Origin: Nageia nagi
Lineage: Eukaryota; Plantae; Pinophyta
Assembly (NCBI GenBank): GCA_050084985.1
Contig: JBITNC010000001.1
Span: 94,364,001-94,428,000, forward strand
Direction: 5' to 3'
Length of the DNA stretch: 64,000 nucleotides
Part shown: in pieces, positions 1-11,830 of the stretch
How positions within the stretch are numbered: the first letter of the stretch is position 1
How the letters are laid out: each line of letters begins with the position of its first letter
Made by a program: the position numbers and the translations under genes
Notes under the pieces: generated by a model
Database searches by the model: none
What the model was told of the DNA's origin: nothing
Seen by the model: the letters and a program-made list of their open reading frames with translations, nothing else

Positions 1-2500
1 TGAAAGCATATTGATAAAACACTCTTAATACGAGCCCAACTAGAGTTCCTCAAACCGTGCTCCCAAACATTGAATCCATAAAGTAGAGGTGGAGAAACAA
101 ATGCATGGAAGAGTTTGATATTCTCCATGCTATCTTGAAACTAATGGTGGGGATATTGTCGCTCCAAAGAGATAGTTGCATCATAACCCTTTTTCAATAT
201 GTTCTAAGAAGCTAGGATCAAGCTAAAAGTAGGACCTATGAAAAGAACACTTGAACATGTGTATGAAGTGACTATCTCAATAGGTTGCCCTTGAAAAATA
301 AGATGGATTATGGAAGCAACTACTTTCGACATATTAAATGACATCACCTTTTCCTTTCTAAGATTAACTTCAAGACTATGTGTATTAGAAAACACGCTCA
401 AATTATCAATATGATGTTGAAGCCCAATTGATGTATGAGCCAATAGAGTAATGTAATTTGCAAACAAAAAATGGAGACAAGGGAATCACACCGTAAATAA
501 ACCACATTTGGGATTAAGGTGTTTGTGATCAAATACTCAAGTTCATCAATATAGAACCCAAATAGGGTAGGTGAGAGAGGGTAACTATATTTAACACCAA
601 TTGTTCTACGAATAATACTTGATGGATAAGAGCCAATTCGAGCTTGACCAACAACCTATTCATATAAAGTCATGACAAGATATATGGCCCTCCAAAGATT
701 CTTATATCATTAAGTATCTAAAATAATAGATGTTTAGGGACAATATCAAAGGTTTTACATAAGTCTACAAAGAAGTAATAAGCCTTCCATTTGTAAGCTT
801 TGGCTTCTTAAGTAGTAACATAGAACATGAGGATGTGGTCAATTGGGTGGTAATTTCTACGAAAATCTACTTGTCTAGGTGCATGAAGATTGCATTTTTC
901 AACAAAACTAGATATGAAGTCATTAAGAGTTGCGATGAAGAGCTTTGCTAATGTGTGGTTGACCATGAGTGTTCTATAGTTGCTAGGGTTTAGTGGGTCA
1001 CCAGATTTGTTGATGGAATGAATGGTATTGGAAGTCCAAGAAGGGGGAAACCCATGAGAAGCAATATCGGTGAAATTTTTAGCAATATGGATAAAGAAGA
1101 ATACATGACTATGCTCAATGAATTCAATACTTAGGTTTTTAGAGTTAACAACATTACCAATTTGGATTTTATAGATAACTTGCAAATCATCTTATTAGTG
1201 AAGAAATAACAAGGATATGATCATGGGTTGGGGATGATAAGAGCTTGTTTGAGATGTCATAGAGAAAAGAAGCACACATGAACTAGTCATGGATAAGTGA
1301 TATAACATGAGCAAGACCTAGCGAGAAAAAGATGCCAAAAGCTTTTCCAAACTTTTTGTATTTTTTTTAAGGAATAATAAAATCTTTGGGATTCTTTACA
1401 ATATAATGTTTAAGATGTATAATGGAATAACCAAACTTATGGAGGGACTTGCAATCATGTTCAAACCATGAATTATGGTCAATGGCCATAATTAGGGCAA
1501 GGGAAGGGGGAATTGATGCTATGGGGAAAGGATTTGATATCAAGTTGTCCATAATGCTTTAGAAAAATGATCTACATTCAAAATAGGTTCTTGTAAATGG
1601 TGAAGGTTAACAAGATGACATTTTGTATATATGTTATGGTTGAAGTGGATGTGGGTAGTAGTAGGACATGGAGAAAAGTTGTATATAAGGATGTGTTTGG
1701 TATGTGGTAGATTAAAGGTGAGGTAGGCATGATTAGATAAAGGTGGAGATCAGAGATGTTGGACTCAATTATGGAAAAGGCAAAAGGGAGACTAGCCATC
1801 ACATAATCAACCACACTAGTACCATTGATAAAAGAGAAATAAGTAGAATAACTTGACTTAGGAAATTGAGCAATACTATTTTAGATGATCAAATCACGTG
1901 TTTCACCCAATTTGAGCATGAGTCTCCCATAAGATGAGATATTTTTTATAGGATCATCTAACTATCGTATTAAGCCCTATAGATCAATTTTTGATTATCA
2001 AAGGGGATATGAGGAAATATTATATAGGCGACATTGGGACATCCTTTTCCATTCATTGAAGTCCCCCACAACATGATATCACACAAAAGGGAAAACCTAG
2101 TGATCTCAAGATAAATATCAAGTTAGGGTGAGTTATCATCAACCGTAGTATTTGCTAAGCATGAAAGTGGAAAATAACATACCATAATGTAGAGACATCA
2201 AAATGTCGGCTTCTTATCTATAGAGACCCATATATGTATCTAGCATGAAAATATAAACATTCTAGATGAATGCATGAATCTAAGGGCTCATGATATAAGC
2301 ACACCACATTGCTAGAGCCTTTGGTACCTTGGCAGATCTCTAATCTATATGCAAAAAACCAAGAATGACTAAATAATATTGTAATGGTTTTAGCTGTCTT
2401 TCAATAAAAAGAGGTATTTTTCATCAATTACATCATTAAATGATCTTAGAGAAGAGAATAAAGAATCACCACAATTCGAAGTTGCAAATTTAATGTGAGA
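1..2500 (-). mobile_element. Degenerate non-LTR retrotransposon (RTE-like LINE), ORF2 endonuclease/RT remnant; runs off the window edge
   Basis: Minus-strand peptides IHSINKSGDPLNPSNYRTLMVNHTLAKLF, QVDFRRNYHPIDHI, G(VK)YSYPLSPTLFGFYIDEL, FANYITLL (FADD-like), and endonuclease-like GDFN and VDYVMAS. Many stops and frameshifts. Confidence 0.85.
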
Positions 2501-2515
2501 TTCAAGACCCGAGGC

Positions 2516-4140
2516 CTAGTGTTGATGTGGGCCAAAGTTTAGTCCATCTTGAAGGAGGACTATTCCATACCCAAACTCTACCAATGTGAAGAATGGCCCA
2601 CTTATGTTGTTTTTAGGTTTCATTTTTTTTTTTTGGTTATTTTTGAGTTCTTCATATTGCAGTCGAGTCAAATCCTTATCAAGGAATATTTTATTTAGAA
2701 TATCGAAAATAATATTTTTGGATTGGAGAATAACCCTATCTGTTAAAGTTTTAAAGTGGATGATCAAATTGTTATAGTGTGTGAGCATGTACGATAAAGA
2801 ATAATATCTGGTTGTTGCAATGTATCATGTAAGAAATGTGTAGCAACATCTAGTGGGTTATCTATCCTAATTAAACCCCTCACATGAAGGTCGAGGGATT
2901 TAAGTTGTCTTGATCTTTCTTCTTCAAACTTGGTTTGAATTACTAATTCGATTAGAGAAGGTGACTTTACCTGTTTGTTACCTTTAACTCCTTAGGTCCA
3001 AGTAGTTTAAATGTTTACTATTTTGAGTGTAGAAAAGCTCTTCTTCAATAACTAAAACTTCAACACACAAATTGGCAAAATCACTTGTATTAGTAAGATT
3101 TGATTTGTATGTTTCACACTTGGTAATAAGCTTAGCTTGTAGGTTTGTAAGTTCATATGGTACATATGTTTTAGATTGTATCTTAGAGATACGTTTTTCC
3201 AATTGCATAATTTGCTATGGTTTCTTATTTATAAAAAAGTGTTGGTCTTGAGCAATTTGAGAGATGTTAAAGGTTTGTTGTTCAAGTGAATCGATTCTCC
3301 TCTTGAGCTCATGTCCAATAAAATCCAGGTTTTCCTTGGTGAATGAATCGATTCTCAATATGAGTTCATGTTTTAAGAGGTTCAATTTATCCATAATGTC
3401 AACATCACCATCATTCTAAGAGGTTCAATTTATCCATAATGTCAGCATCACCATCATTGCCATTATGCTTTATAATCTTTGATCTCAAGTGCATAGTGGA
3501 GAAAAATAACAGAGATGAAAGTTTTTAATTATTTAGAAAGGTTTTGATTTTAATTAGAAGAAAGAGGCTTGAGAAAAAAGCTTAAGGGCTAAAGGATATG
3601 AATAGAGAAGAAAGTTAGGGTGGGCCCAATAAGACACAATAAAATAAAAAAGGGTGGGACCCTCCTTTGATTTTATACAAAAAGTTAGCAGGGCAAGAGA
3701 CATGCACCAAAAGAAAGACTACATCTATAGCTACAGAGCGACCATAATCGAACAACACACATACAAAGTTGATGTGGGTTGACCAATAAACTATCGAAGT
3801 TAACATGGGTTAATAATTAATGGGCAAGAAGGAGGATGATGAGTTTAGATAATGCTTATAATGTCAAAGACAAAAACAAGTCACCATAAACGAATAGGGA
3901 GGAGGCCATAGGGAGATTGTGCACTGATAATGACAGATAAGGGTCCAATATAAGAGCTCTAAAATGCGATAGGTTGTAAACAAGAAACAAGTGAAGGGTG
4001 CCAAAAGCGGAAAAAGTTTAAGAAACCTAGAATGGAGAGAAAAACACAAAGCAAAGGTGTGATAGCCATCGATATAAGAAAAAAAAGGACAACAAACATG
4101 TAGAATCAAGGCCAAAATCGAGTGGTTTGATCATACAACA
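2516..4140 (-). mobile_element. ORF1 (coiled-coil plus RRM-like) and probable 5' UTR of the same LINE
   Basis: ORFs 2984-3208 (heptad-like) and 2516-2788 (LIIHFK...IFLDKDLTRLQYEELK, resembling the LINE ORF1 'I.EDLT..QR' motif) lie directly upstream of ORF2 on the same strand. The 5' boundary is approximate. Confidence 0.6.
3374..3459. repeat. 43-bp tandem duplication
   Basis: TAAGAGGTTCAATTTATCCATAATGTCARCATCACCATCATT occurs twice, starting at 3374 and 3417. Confidence 0.9.
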
Positions 4141-4419
4141 ATTCCATTTTGAAGGGTTTATTGTCGTAACAGAAAAACAATGGTGTGGAGCCAATCAATG
4201 TTATTAATAGTTCATATCAATAATAGAACATGAAAATTGAAACTGTATAATGAAAGTTATGACCTTTGAAAGTTGATAATATTTTCTAGTAGAAAATTGA
4301 ATTGCACACGAAAAAATGTAGCAATTTGAAAACATAATTTTCGTCATTCCTTTCCCATGCAAGTTCATATACAAATCTTTGATAATCAACTACTTAATAT
4401 TACATAAGATAATTCAACC

Positions 4420-4680
4420 ATGCAATAAGCAACCTCAATTTAGACCTAAGATGTTTGTGATCATCTGCTCAAGTTCATCAATATAGAGCCCAAATGGAGT
4501 GGGTGAGAGAATGCAACCCTATTTAACACCAATAATGTTATAAACATTATCTAATAGGTGAGTGTCAATTTAAAGTTTACTAATTACTTGTTCATATAGA
4601 GTCATAACAAGGGATATGGCCTTTTTAAGGGTCCCTAGATCCTTAAACCACACAATGATATTAGGCAAATCTCCCAAAGA
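4420..4680 (-). mobile_element. Short LINE RT fragment, same family as 1-2500
   Basis: Homologous to 510-720 (AAGTTCATCAATATAGA.CCCAAA...TATTTAACACCAA). Confidence 0.7.
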
Positions 4681-5375
4681 AAAAAGTTTGATGAAGAAAT
4701 ATTTGATATTATGAGCATCTACAAAATGTAATCTTATATTGTTATAATATAATATTATGACTTTTTTTTGAAGAAAAAAAGTTACAATTGATGGAAATTG
4801 ATAAGCCATGTAATGTAATCTATTATTCATATGCATTTGGCATGATTTGTGTGATATGCTTTGGTGCTTGGGAACATGCATTTATATTGTAACCTAAACT
4901 TGATCTAGTATCTTGTATGGATCATTTGCAATCATTTGGGCTTTGTTTCCTTTAAGAAATATTAGTATGGACCTTTCATGGTGTCTTCATCTCATATCTT
5001 GGTGTTAATATTGCTTATTTCTTGCTTCTTATATAATTTCTTGATATTTGTTCTTTTGGGAATCTCTATTCATTTCAATGAGGATCATGTTTGTTCTAAA
5101 TAGGGATTCACCCACCATGGGTTGCACCTTTAATCATGTAGTTAGAACTTCTTCAACCATGGCTTTGTCCTTTTTCAGCAGTTCGAAAGTATATCGTTAC
5201 AAGAGACATCTATTTTTCAACCCTACCTTGACTATGTTTGTCTCTTTCATTGGGCTTTAGATGTTTCTATGATCAGGTCAACAATAGATGCTCCTAGTTT
5301 GGCAATTTTTTTTTTTATATTTATTAATTTTTATTTTCTAATGTTTTGTGAAAAACTAATAAGGTAAAGTCAATA

Positions 5376-5824
5376 TTTAATGTCCTTTTTAAACCTATTG
5401 GTTTGTAGGACCTGCCAAGAGTTTTTAAATATCACCAATGTTAGAGGTGGGATTAGAACTTGAGACATTCAATGTGGGTGCCATCACACCTTAGTTGTCT
5501 CCCAAATCCCATGGCAAGAGATGATTAGTTACTGTTTGGTGGTTTTAACAAACTTCATCATATTGTGATTGATCTAGATCTAGAATTTTGTTTTAGTGAT
5601 TTATTTTCATTGGGTGGGTGTGAGTGATTATGGTCAATTGTCCTTGGGAGTATTCTTATTTTTCTTGGAATATTTCTACATTTGTGCACTATTCAATATT
5701 TTTCTTTATACAAGAAACAATCATTCAAATAATTAATTGATACACACACACACACACACACACACACACTTCTGGACAAGCTTTGATAGGTTCTAAAAAC
5801 TAATGGGTTTAAAAGGATGTTAAA
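5376..5824. mobile_element. MITE-like element with ~43-bp terminal inverted repeats and an internal (CA)n tract
   Basis: 5376-5418 TTTAATGTCCTTTTTAAACCTATTGGTTTGTAGGACCTGCCAA matches the reverse complement of 5783-5824. The separate halves recur at 40570-40690 and 60686-60830. Confidence 0.55.
5742..5768. repeat. (CA)n microsatellite
   Basis: Direct observation. Confidence 0.95.
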
Positions 5825-6986
5825 AGATGTCTATCAATCTATCTATAATGATTCCATTGAGAAAAATGGAGATAAAAGGAAACCAAGTATTTTCATGTAA
5901 ATTTGAGAGCATATTTGGACTCCTTGTGAATATTTGACAAGGGTTGCTTCTTAAAAAAATGGAGATCTACATATATGAGATCTAGGCTTCCTATAAGGGC
6001 TAATAAGTAATTTCAAAATATTTAAATTTTGGGATATTACATGATAAATTTGTATGGTGAAGTTGAAGAAAAGGATGTGGTGAATTTATGGTTCAAATTT
6101 TAGCTCATTTGGATTGTGGAATTAAGATATATCATAAAATTATTTTTTTAGAAATTATAAAAAATAAGGAATTTATTATAAATTTTGCAAATTTGTTTGT
6201 AGTTTTAAATTTGCTGTGAAAAGTAATGGGGGTTTCTTAATTTTTTAATATATCTCATCATTTTTATGTAAAAAATTAAGTTGAAAGGTTAGTATGTCAT
6301 TTTTTGTAAATAAAATTGGTAGAGATTTGGTTAATTTAGAATTTTAATTTATTTAGATAGCTTTTTAGGATAACTAATGATCATTGGTTTAATGATAAGG
6401 TGTTGGAAATACTATTTGAAGGTACTAGTTTCCAATCTTCTTAGTAAAGTGTTTGATGGTCTTACATGGTACATTGGAGCATACTACACTTTTTTTTTTA
6501 CTCCTATTCCCTACTCAAGTACAAGATGGTGGTGTAATGACCAAATTCAATTTGTTCATGTTTCATATGAATGGATGATGATTGGTGCAACAACCACACC
6601 ATTTGTACAATAACTTGGAGTTTGTGAGGTTTATTCCTTCTGGCTGCACCAAATTGTTTTTGAAAATATTATGTTAGCACATGAAAAAATTTGTTTGTCA
6701 TCATCAATAGGATCATTAGGTCATAAAACCTTACTTTTGCATCCTTTTTGCTTCACTTTTTTGGTAGATCTAGAGGATATAAAAACATAATTTTTTTATA
6801 CATAAGATATTGCAAATAGTATGTGAATTAATAATTTAACATTGAGCTATTATATATATATATCATTTAGGACATTATATTGTATAAGTGCAAACTTCAA
6901 ATTACCATAACTTGTTTTAAAAAATTATTACAAGTGAATTTTTGTGTAGATTTAATTGGTATTATATTTATCATTATTTCTAAAAA

Positions 6987-8345
6987 TGGTAATATTTAAT
7001 TTAAATATTAGCTATTTTCTTTGTCAAGATAACTACTTGAAATGGAGTGATATGTAATATAGTTTGATTGGTTATGAGCTTAATTACTATATTGTTGACA
7101 TGATCCTACTCAAGAAATTATAAAGAATGAGAAGAGAATAGCTTGTTCAATCATGGTTATTAATATTGATCATAATTACAATTATCAAACAATGATTGAT
7201 GAGCATAAGGAAGATCCCAAACATTTTTTTGATAAGTTTTGAGAGATTTATAAGACAACTAGTGAAAGATCAAATTGATAAGGAGTTAGTTGACTTCATA
7301 TAAAGTTGTGAGATTTTGATTTCATTGATGATCTCTTTCTTCATATAATTACATATCTAGTTGTTGCTACTAAGACACCTAAAACTCTTGAAAGGGAAAT
7401 TGTGAAGAATATTTTGCATACATTGCCACCTAAGTTTAGGAATGTTGGTTATTCAACTCATATGGGCATTAAGTTTGGACATATCAAGGAGCTTCCTTCT
7501 TTATAGGTGTATATTGCATTGCAAAAAGAAGTTGATGACGAGGAGTCCCTTGATAAGAAGGTTAAAGTGCTTACTTAAAAAGAGGAGTTCAAGCAAAAGG
7601 ATAAAGATAAGGAGAAATGAAAGGGCAAGGAAAAAGGCAAGAATGATGATAAGGGTAAGAAATAACTTGTGGAATATCATTACCATGGTAAAGTTGGATA
7701 TAAAGTTAAGGTGTGTATCAAGAAAATGAAATAGCTTGAGGAAGAATTGAAGTTTCTCAAGATCAAGAATGGCAAGGAAGCCAAGGGGAGATGCTTATAA
7801 GCTTATAGGTCTTTTTTCATGCTATAACGAGGTAATCTCTTCCATTGATTATTATTTTTCATATTCTACATAATGATACATTGATTCAAGACCTTCTCAT
7901 CATGTGTGTTTTATGAGTTTGATGAATACAAAAATAATGCAATTATCATAAAGGCTAATAATGATGAAGCTCTTAAGTTGAAAGGGATTGGATTGATAAT
8001 GTTAAGTATAACCATGGGTACATTAAAAATCTTTATTATTTGTTATGTATGGATATAAATCTATTTTCAATCTACCAATTATATAAAGAAATGAAGATGG
8101 AAGTTAAAATTGATGATAATAGAGTTTTGAATAAAGATAAGAATCATGACTACGAGGTGATTACTATGGTCATTATACATGATGTGGTGAAACTATATAA
8201 ATTTGACAAGTTTGGAAGCTCTAATTAATGGACATATTTGGTTGTCGAAGTGGATGATAGCACAAAGCTATGGTATTTGATGTTTGATCATCTTTATTTT
8301 GGGTCCTTGAAGTTCATGATTCCAAATGCATGGTTATTGTTCTAC

Positions 8346-8380
<35 letters not shown>

Positions 8381-8432
8381 GTATGCAATGGTTGTATGTT
8401 AGAAAAACAACATAAGGATGTTTTATAAAAAG
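6987..8432 (+). mobile_element. Host copia, piece 1: degenerate gag, protease region and GAG-pre-integrase
   Basis: KNILHTLPPKFRN (gag), lysine-rich tract and knuckle remnant, STKLWYLMFDHL (LWH.RLGH-like), CNGCMLEKQHK. Interrupted at 8433. Contains (CT)n at 8349-8376. Confidence 0.75.
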
Positions 8433-9053
8433 TGTTGGAAGTTAAGCTAAACCTAGTGTAACTAGGGGTAGGCCTTGTGTTTATTTAACACATTAATATT
8501 TCTTAATACTTGTGCCATTATACTTGACTCCTATGTAATAATTAAATATATAAATGTATAGATGAGATCCATAGTTAAGATTAAAATATATTGTTATATA
8601 AGATGTAGGATATCTCACATGGATTGGTGTACATATTTATAGAACACTTTTATCTTATTTTATATATGATGTTGGGCTTAATCATCCAATATTGACAACT
8701 CTCTTATGAGCATTATTATTAATTAAGATATTATTATGGGGATTAACTACCCACTCATATTGTGTGCATTATTTTTTGTGGAATGCCTATTTTAGTAAAT
8801 CTAATATGGTTTGGTTGAACATGGTGTGCATATTTATAGGATACTTATGCCATGTTGTATATATACATTGGGCTTAACCAACCAAAATTTAAGGCTTTCT
8901 TATGAGCACTATTATTAATTAAGATATTATTGTGGGGCTTAATTGCCCACTCAAATCTTGTGCATTATTTTTGTTGAATACTTACTTCAATTATTGATTT
9001 GTGTGCAAATATCATGGTTTTCAATTATTCAATGACACTTGAATAATTATTCA
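8433..9053 (+). mobile_element. 5' LTR of a 34-kb nested insertion, with an internal ~195-bp tandem duplication
   Basis: Begins TGTTGG and ends TTCA. Preceded by AAAAG and followed by a degenerate iMet PBS (TGATGCAAGAGC, 9054-9065). The last ~100 bp are homologous to 42594-42696. Confidence 0.7.
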
Positions 9054-9994
9054 TGATGCAAGAGCTATTGGAGATTCTATCAAAGGTTGATTCAATGAAA
9101 TAGGGCTTTTTTTGGGATCTAGGAGAAATTTTATAATTCTAGATTTTGGGATATCAAATTTGAATTTTGTTTGTTGCATTTGGAGAAGAGGATATTGCCT
9201 AAGGAAGAGATATGAGAAATTTAATTTTTAGTAAATTCAAGAAGAATTTCAAGAAACCATTTACATTTTTAGAATAGTTGCAAAAAATTAGCTAGGGTTG
9301 CTTCTTTGCACTTTTTAATTTAGTTTCATTTGGCCCTCCAAATATGAATTTGAATTTTCTGGTAAAAGCCCTAGATTTATAGTTTCTTATTTGAATTTTG
9401 AAATTTACACTTGACCATTGGAAGTTGAATACATGTTTTTCTATTAGAACTAAATGTTAGAAATAATTTTTTTTTTTGTTAATATTGGGGTGGTTTTTAG
9501 GGAACCAATAACCACTTTACATTGAAGGTAGTTTTGAATTTATCCCTTAACCTCCCAAGACACGAACCATAGTCCCTCAACTTGGAGGAGGGCCTGAACA
9601 CATTCGAAAATTGGAAAAATTACATCATTTCAAGACTTTTTACATATCTTAAGATAGGCATTAAAAACTTGTACACTTGCAACAAATATTCGAAACTACC
9701 TGGTCAAATTTGAATTTTGAAATTTAAACTTACCGCTTGAAGAGAAAGAAGCTATGAGCCTTGGAAGTTGGTTCCAAATCTTGGGTCTAACCTTCCAAAC
9801 TATCGGATAGGCTAGAAGATTCCAATTGTTGCTTGCTTCAGTCAAGTCATTAGTCCCTTCTTGCATCTTTCCTACTTCTGGGTCTAAAGCAACTTGACCA
9901 TCCCTCCAATGTGACCTCAAACCCTTGAGAGGATGGAATGTCAAAGGATTCCAACAAAGAAGCAACAAAGGATGCAACCATTGTACCTTCCTTC

Positions 9995-10475
9995 TATTGG
10001 ATTGTATAATGCATTATTGTAAAGGTTGTGTTAAATATTCTATGTAAATTCACTAATTCATAAGAGTATCATTTAATACCTTAAGTATTTTAGTGAATAT
10101 AATAATGTAACTTGTCCTACACTCTAAGTCATGAGCATGCTTCTTGGGTCAAAAATGTGCATGTCATGCTTAGGTAATCCAAAGGGGATTTTGGCTTATA
10201 AATAGAAGGCTCCCTCTTTGTAATTACACACAACAAAATTTGGAGTAAAGTTATGCTATAGGATAGAAGTGTAGGAGTTGGGATTAGGAGAATTGTAAGA
10301 GAGTTGTATTTGTGAGAGAAGTAAAGATCTAGTTAGTGGATGTACTCCTAGTTGAAGGAATCACTTTACATCTTGTGTTGTTAGATTGGTCTGTGTATTT
10401 GTTAGATATGAATTTGAGAGCTTTCATGAGATCTTGGTAGTTTAGGATTGTTCTTGTTATAGATCAATTCTTTCA
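9995..10475 (+). repeat. 5' LTR (481 bp)
   Basis: Ends T(A)TTGG...TTTCA; TATAAATA near 10197; matches 18429-18911. Confidence 0.95.
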
Positions 10476-10477
10476 AT

Positions 10478-10495
10478 TGGTATCAGAGCCAAGTT
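10478..10495 (+). promoter_or_regulatory. Primer-binding site, tRNA-iMet
   Basis: TGGTATCAGAGCCAAGTT, 2 nt after the LTR end; complementary to the 3' end of plant initiator tRNA-Met. Confidence 0.95.
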
Positions 10496-11411
10496 GGAAG
10501 CTCATCTTCACATTCTTGGTTTAGAAGCTCTTCTTCTTAGCTTGAACACTTTTCTTGTTGAGGTAAAACTATGCGAAGGTATAATATCCTTGCTTCTTGG
10601 TTATTGTTAAAGTATTGCATTTGGCTACTAACATGTTATTTTTATGTGTTAGTTCCTTTTTTTTTTGCAAAATATGCCTAACCAAGTTCAATTTTTGTTT
10701 CTAACCCCTTATGTTACTTGAATTTTTTTTTTTTTTTAAATTACTACCGTATTTTATTACAAATTGGGGTTAGTATATGCAATTTTGATTACAAAAAAAA
10801 ATGATATCACAAATTTGATACAATATTTTTTAAAGAATAATTTTTTTTTTTTTAAATATTGTTAGAAAGCATAAAAAGGAAAGGTTTATTGCTTTAATAT
10901 AAAAACATTGTTTTTCCTTACAATTTTTTTTTGCAAGTATAATTGTTACTATAGTTGAAGGGAGGAAGTTTAAACAAACAATATAATAATATTTTTTTAG
11001 TATTGTATGGGTGGCCTATATATTATATATATATCTTTTTTTTTACAAACAAAAAAAAAAAACAAAAAAGCTATGTTGGTGGTAGATTCCTCCGCCTAGC
11101 TCTTCCTCCCACCCTCCTCTATTAGCATCTGGAACTTACACATAGGGCAAGAACTCCATCTTCATTATTCCTTACTGCCAACCTTCCCCACCACCACGAA
11201 TCCTTGTCAACACCATTTGCCTAGATCACTCTCCTTTTCTCCACCCTTGACTCCTTATCTGTGCGCTTCCTCTCCCATCGATTGGATGTGTTATGCTGCA
11301 TGCCTTTGAGGATGTTGGTTCAAAGTTTATTTAGCTTTAGAATTTATTCCACCATTTGCCATATTTCTCTCTCCATTAGATTCCTTGGACACACGAGCTC
11401 TGTGGGTGAGT

Positions 11412-11830
11412 AAGCATGTCTATGTAGGAAATTTTTTAGGGACATGTCGATTCAACAACAGTCTTGGCTGCATCGATCACTTCATATCCCCTCACCGCAT
11501 TGGGGCCTAATGTCTTTTCCCCTATGAATGTCATTGTGTCATCCAATAGAATTGAACCATTGCAACCCTGAAATGCTCAGCAGTGTCAGATTTCTCCAAT
11601 GTTTTATCTAAGATGATAATGTTCATACATTGATGAAGCAGTTATGCAAGTGCATGCGAAGGAAGGATGCCACCATTTTGGTTTCATTGATGATTGCTTT
11701 CCTAACAACTACATGGATAATACTTATCATGTTTGGACATGAAGTGGCATAAAAACATTACCACTCAACTGCACTGTTGCCATTCCACATAGCCATATTG
11801 TTACGATGATGATTCTTACCCTATGGTCTT
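11412..11830 (-). pseudogene. Captured class III (secretory) peroxidase fragment: exon 1, 61-bp intron, most of exon 2
   Basis: Exon 1 (~11830 to 11629): hydrophobic signal-like peptide, then QLS..FYATSCPNMISII...ETKMVASFLRMHLHNCFIN. Intron GTATGA...TTTCAG (11628 to 11568). Exon 2 (11567 to 11412): [51 protein letters not shown]. The intron sits at the canonical FHDCFV(N)|GCD position. Confidence 0.92.
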
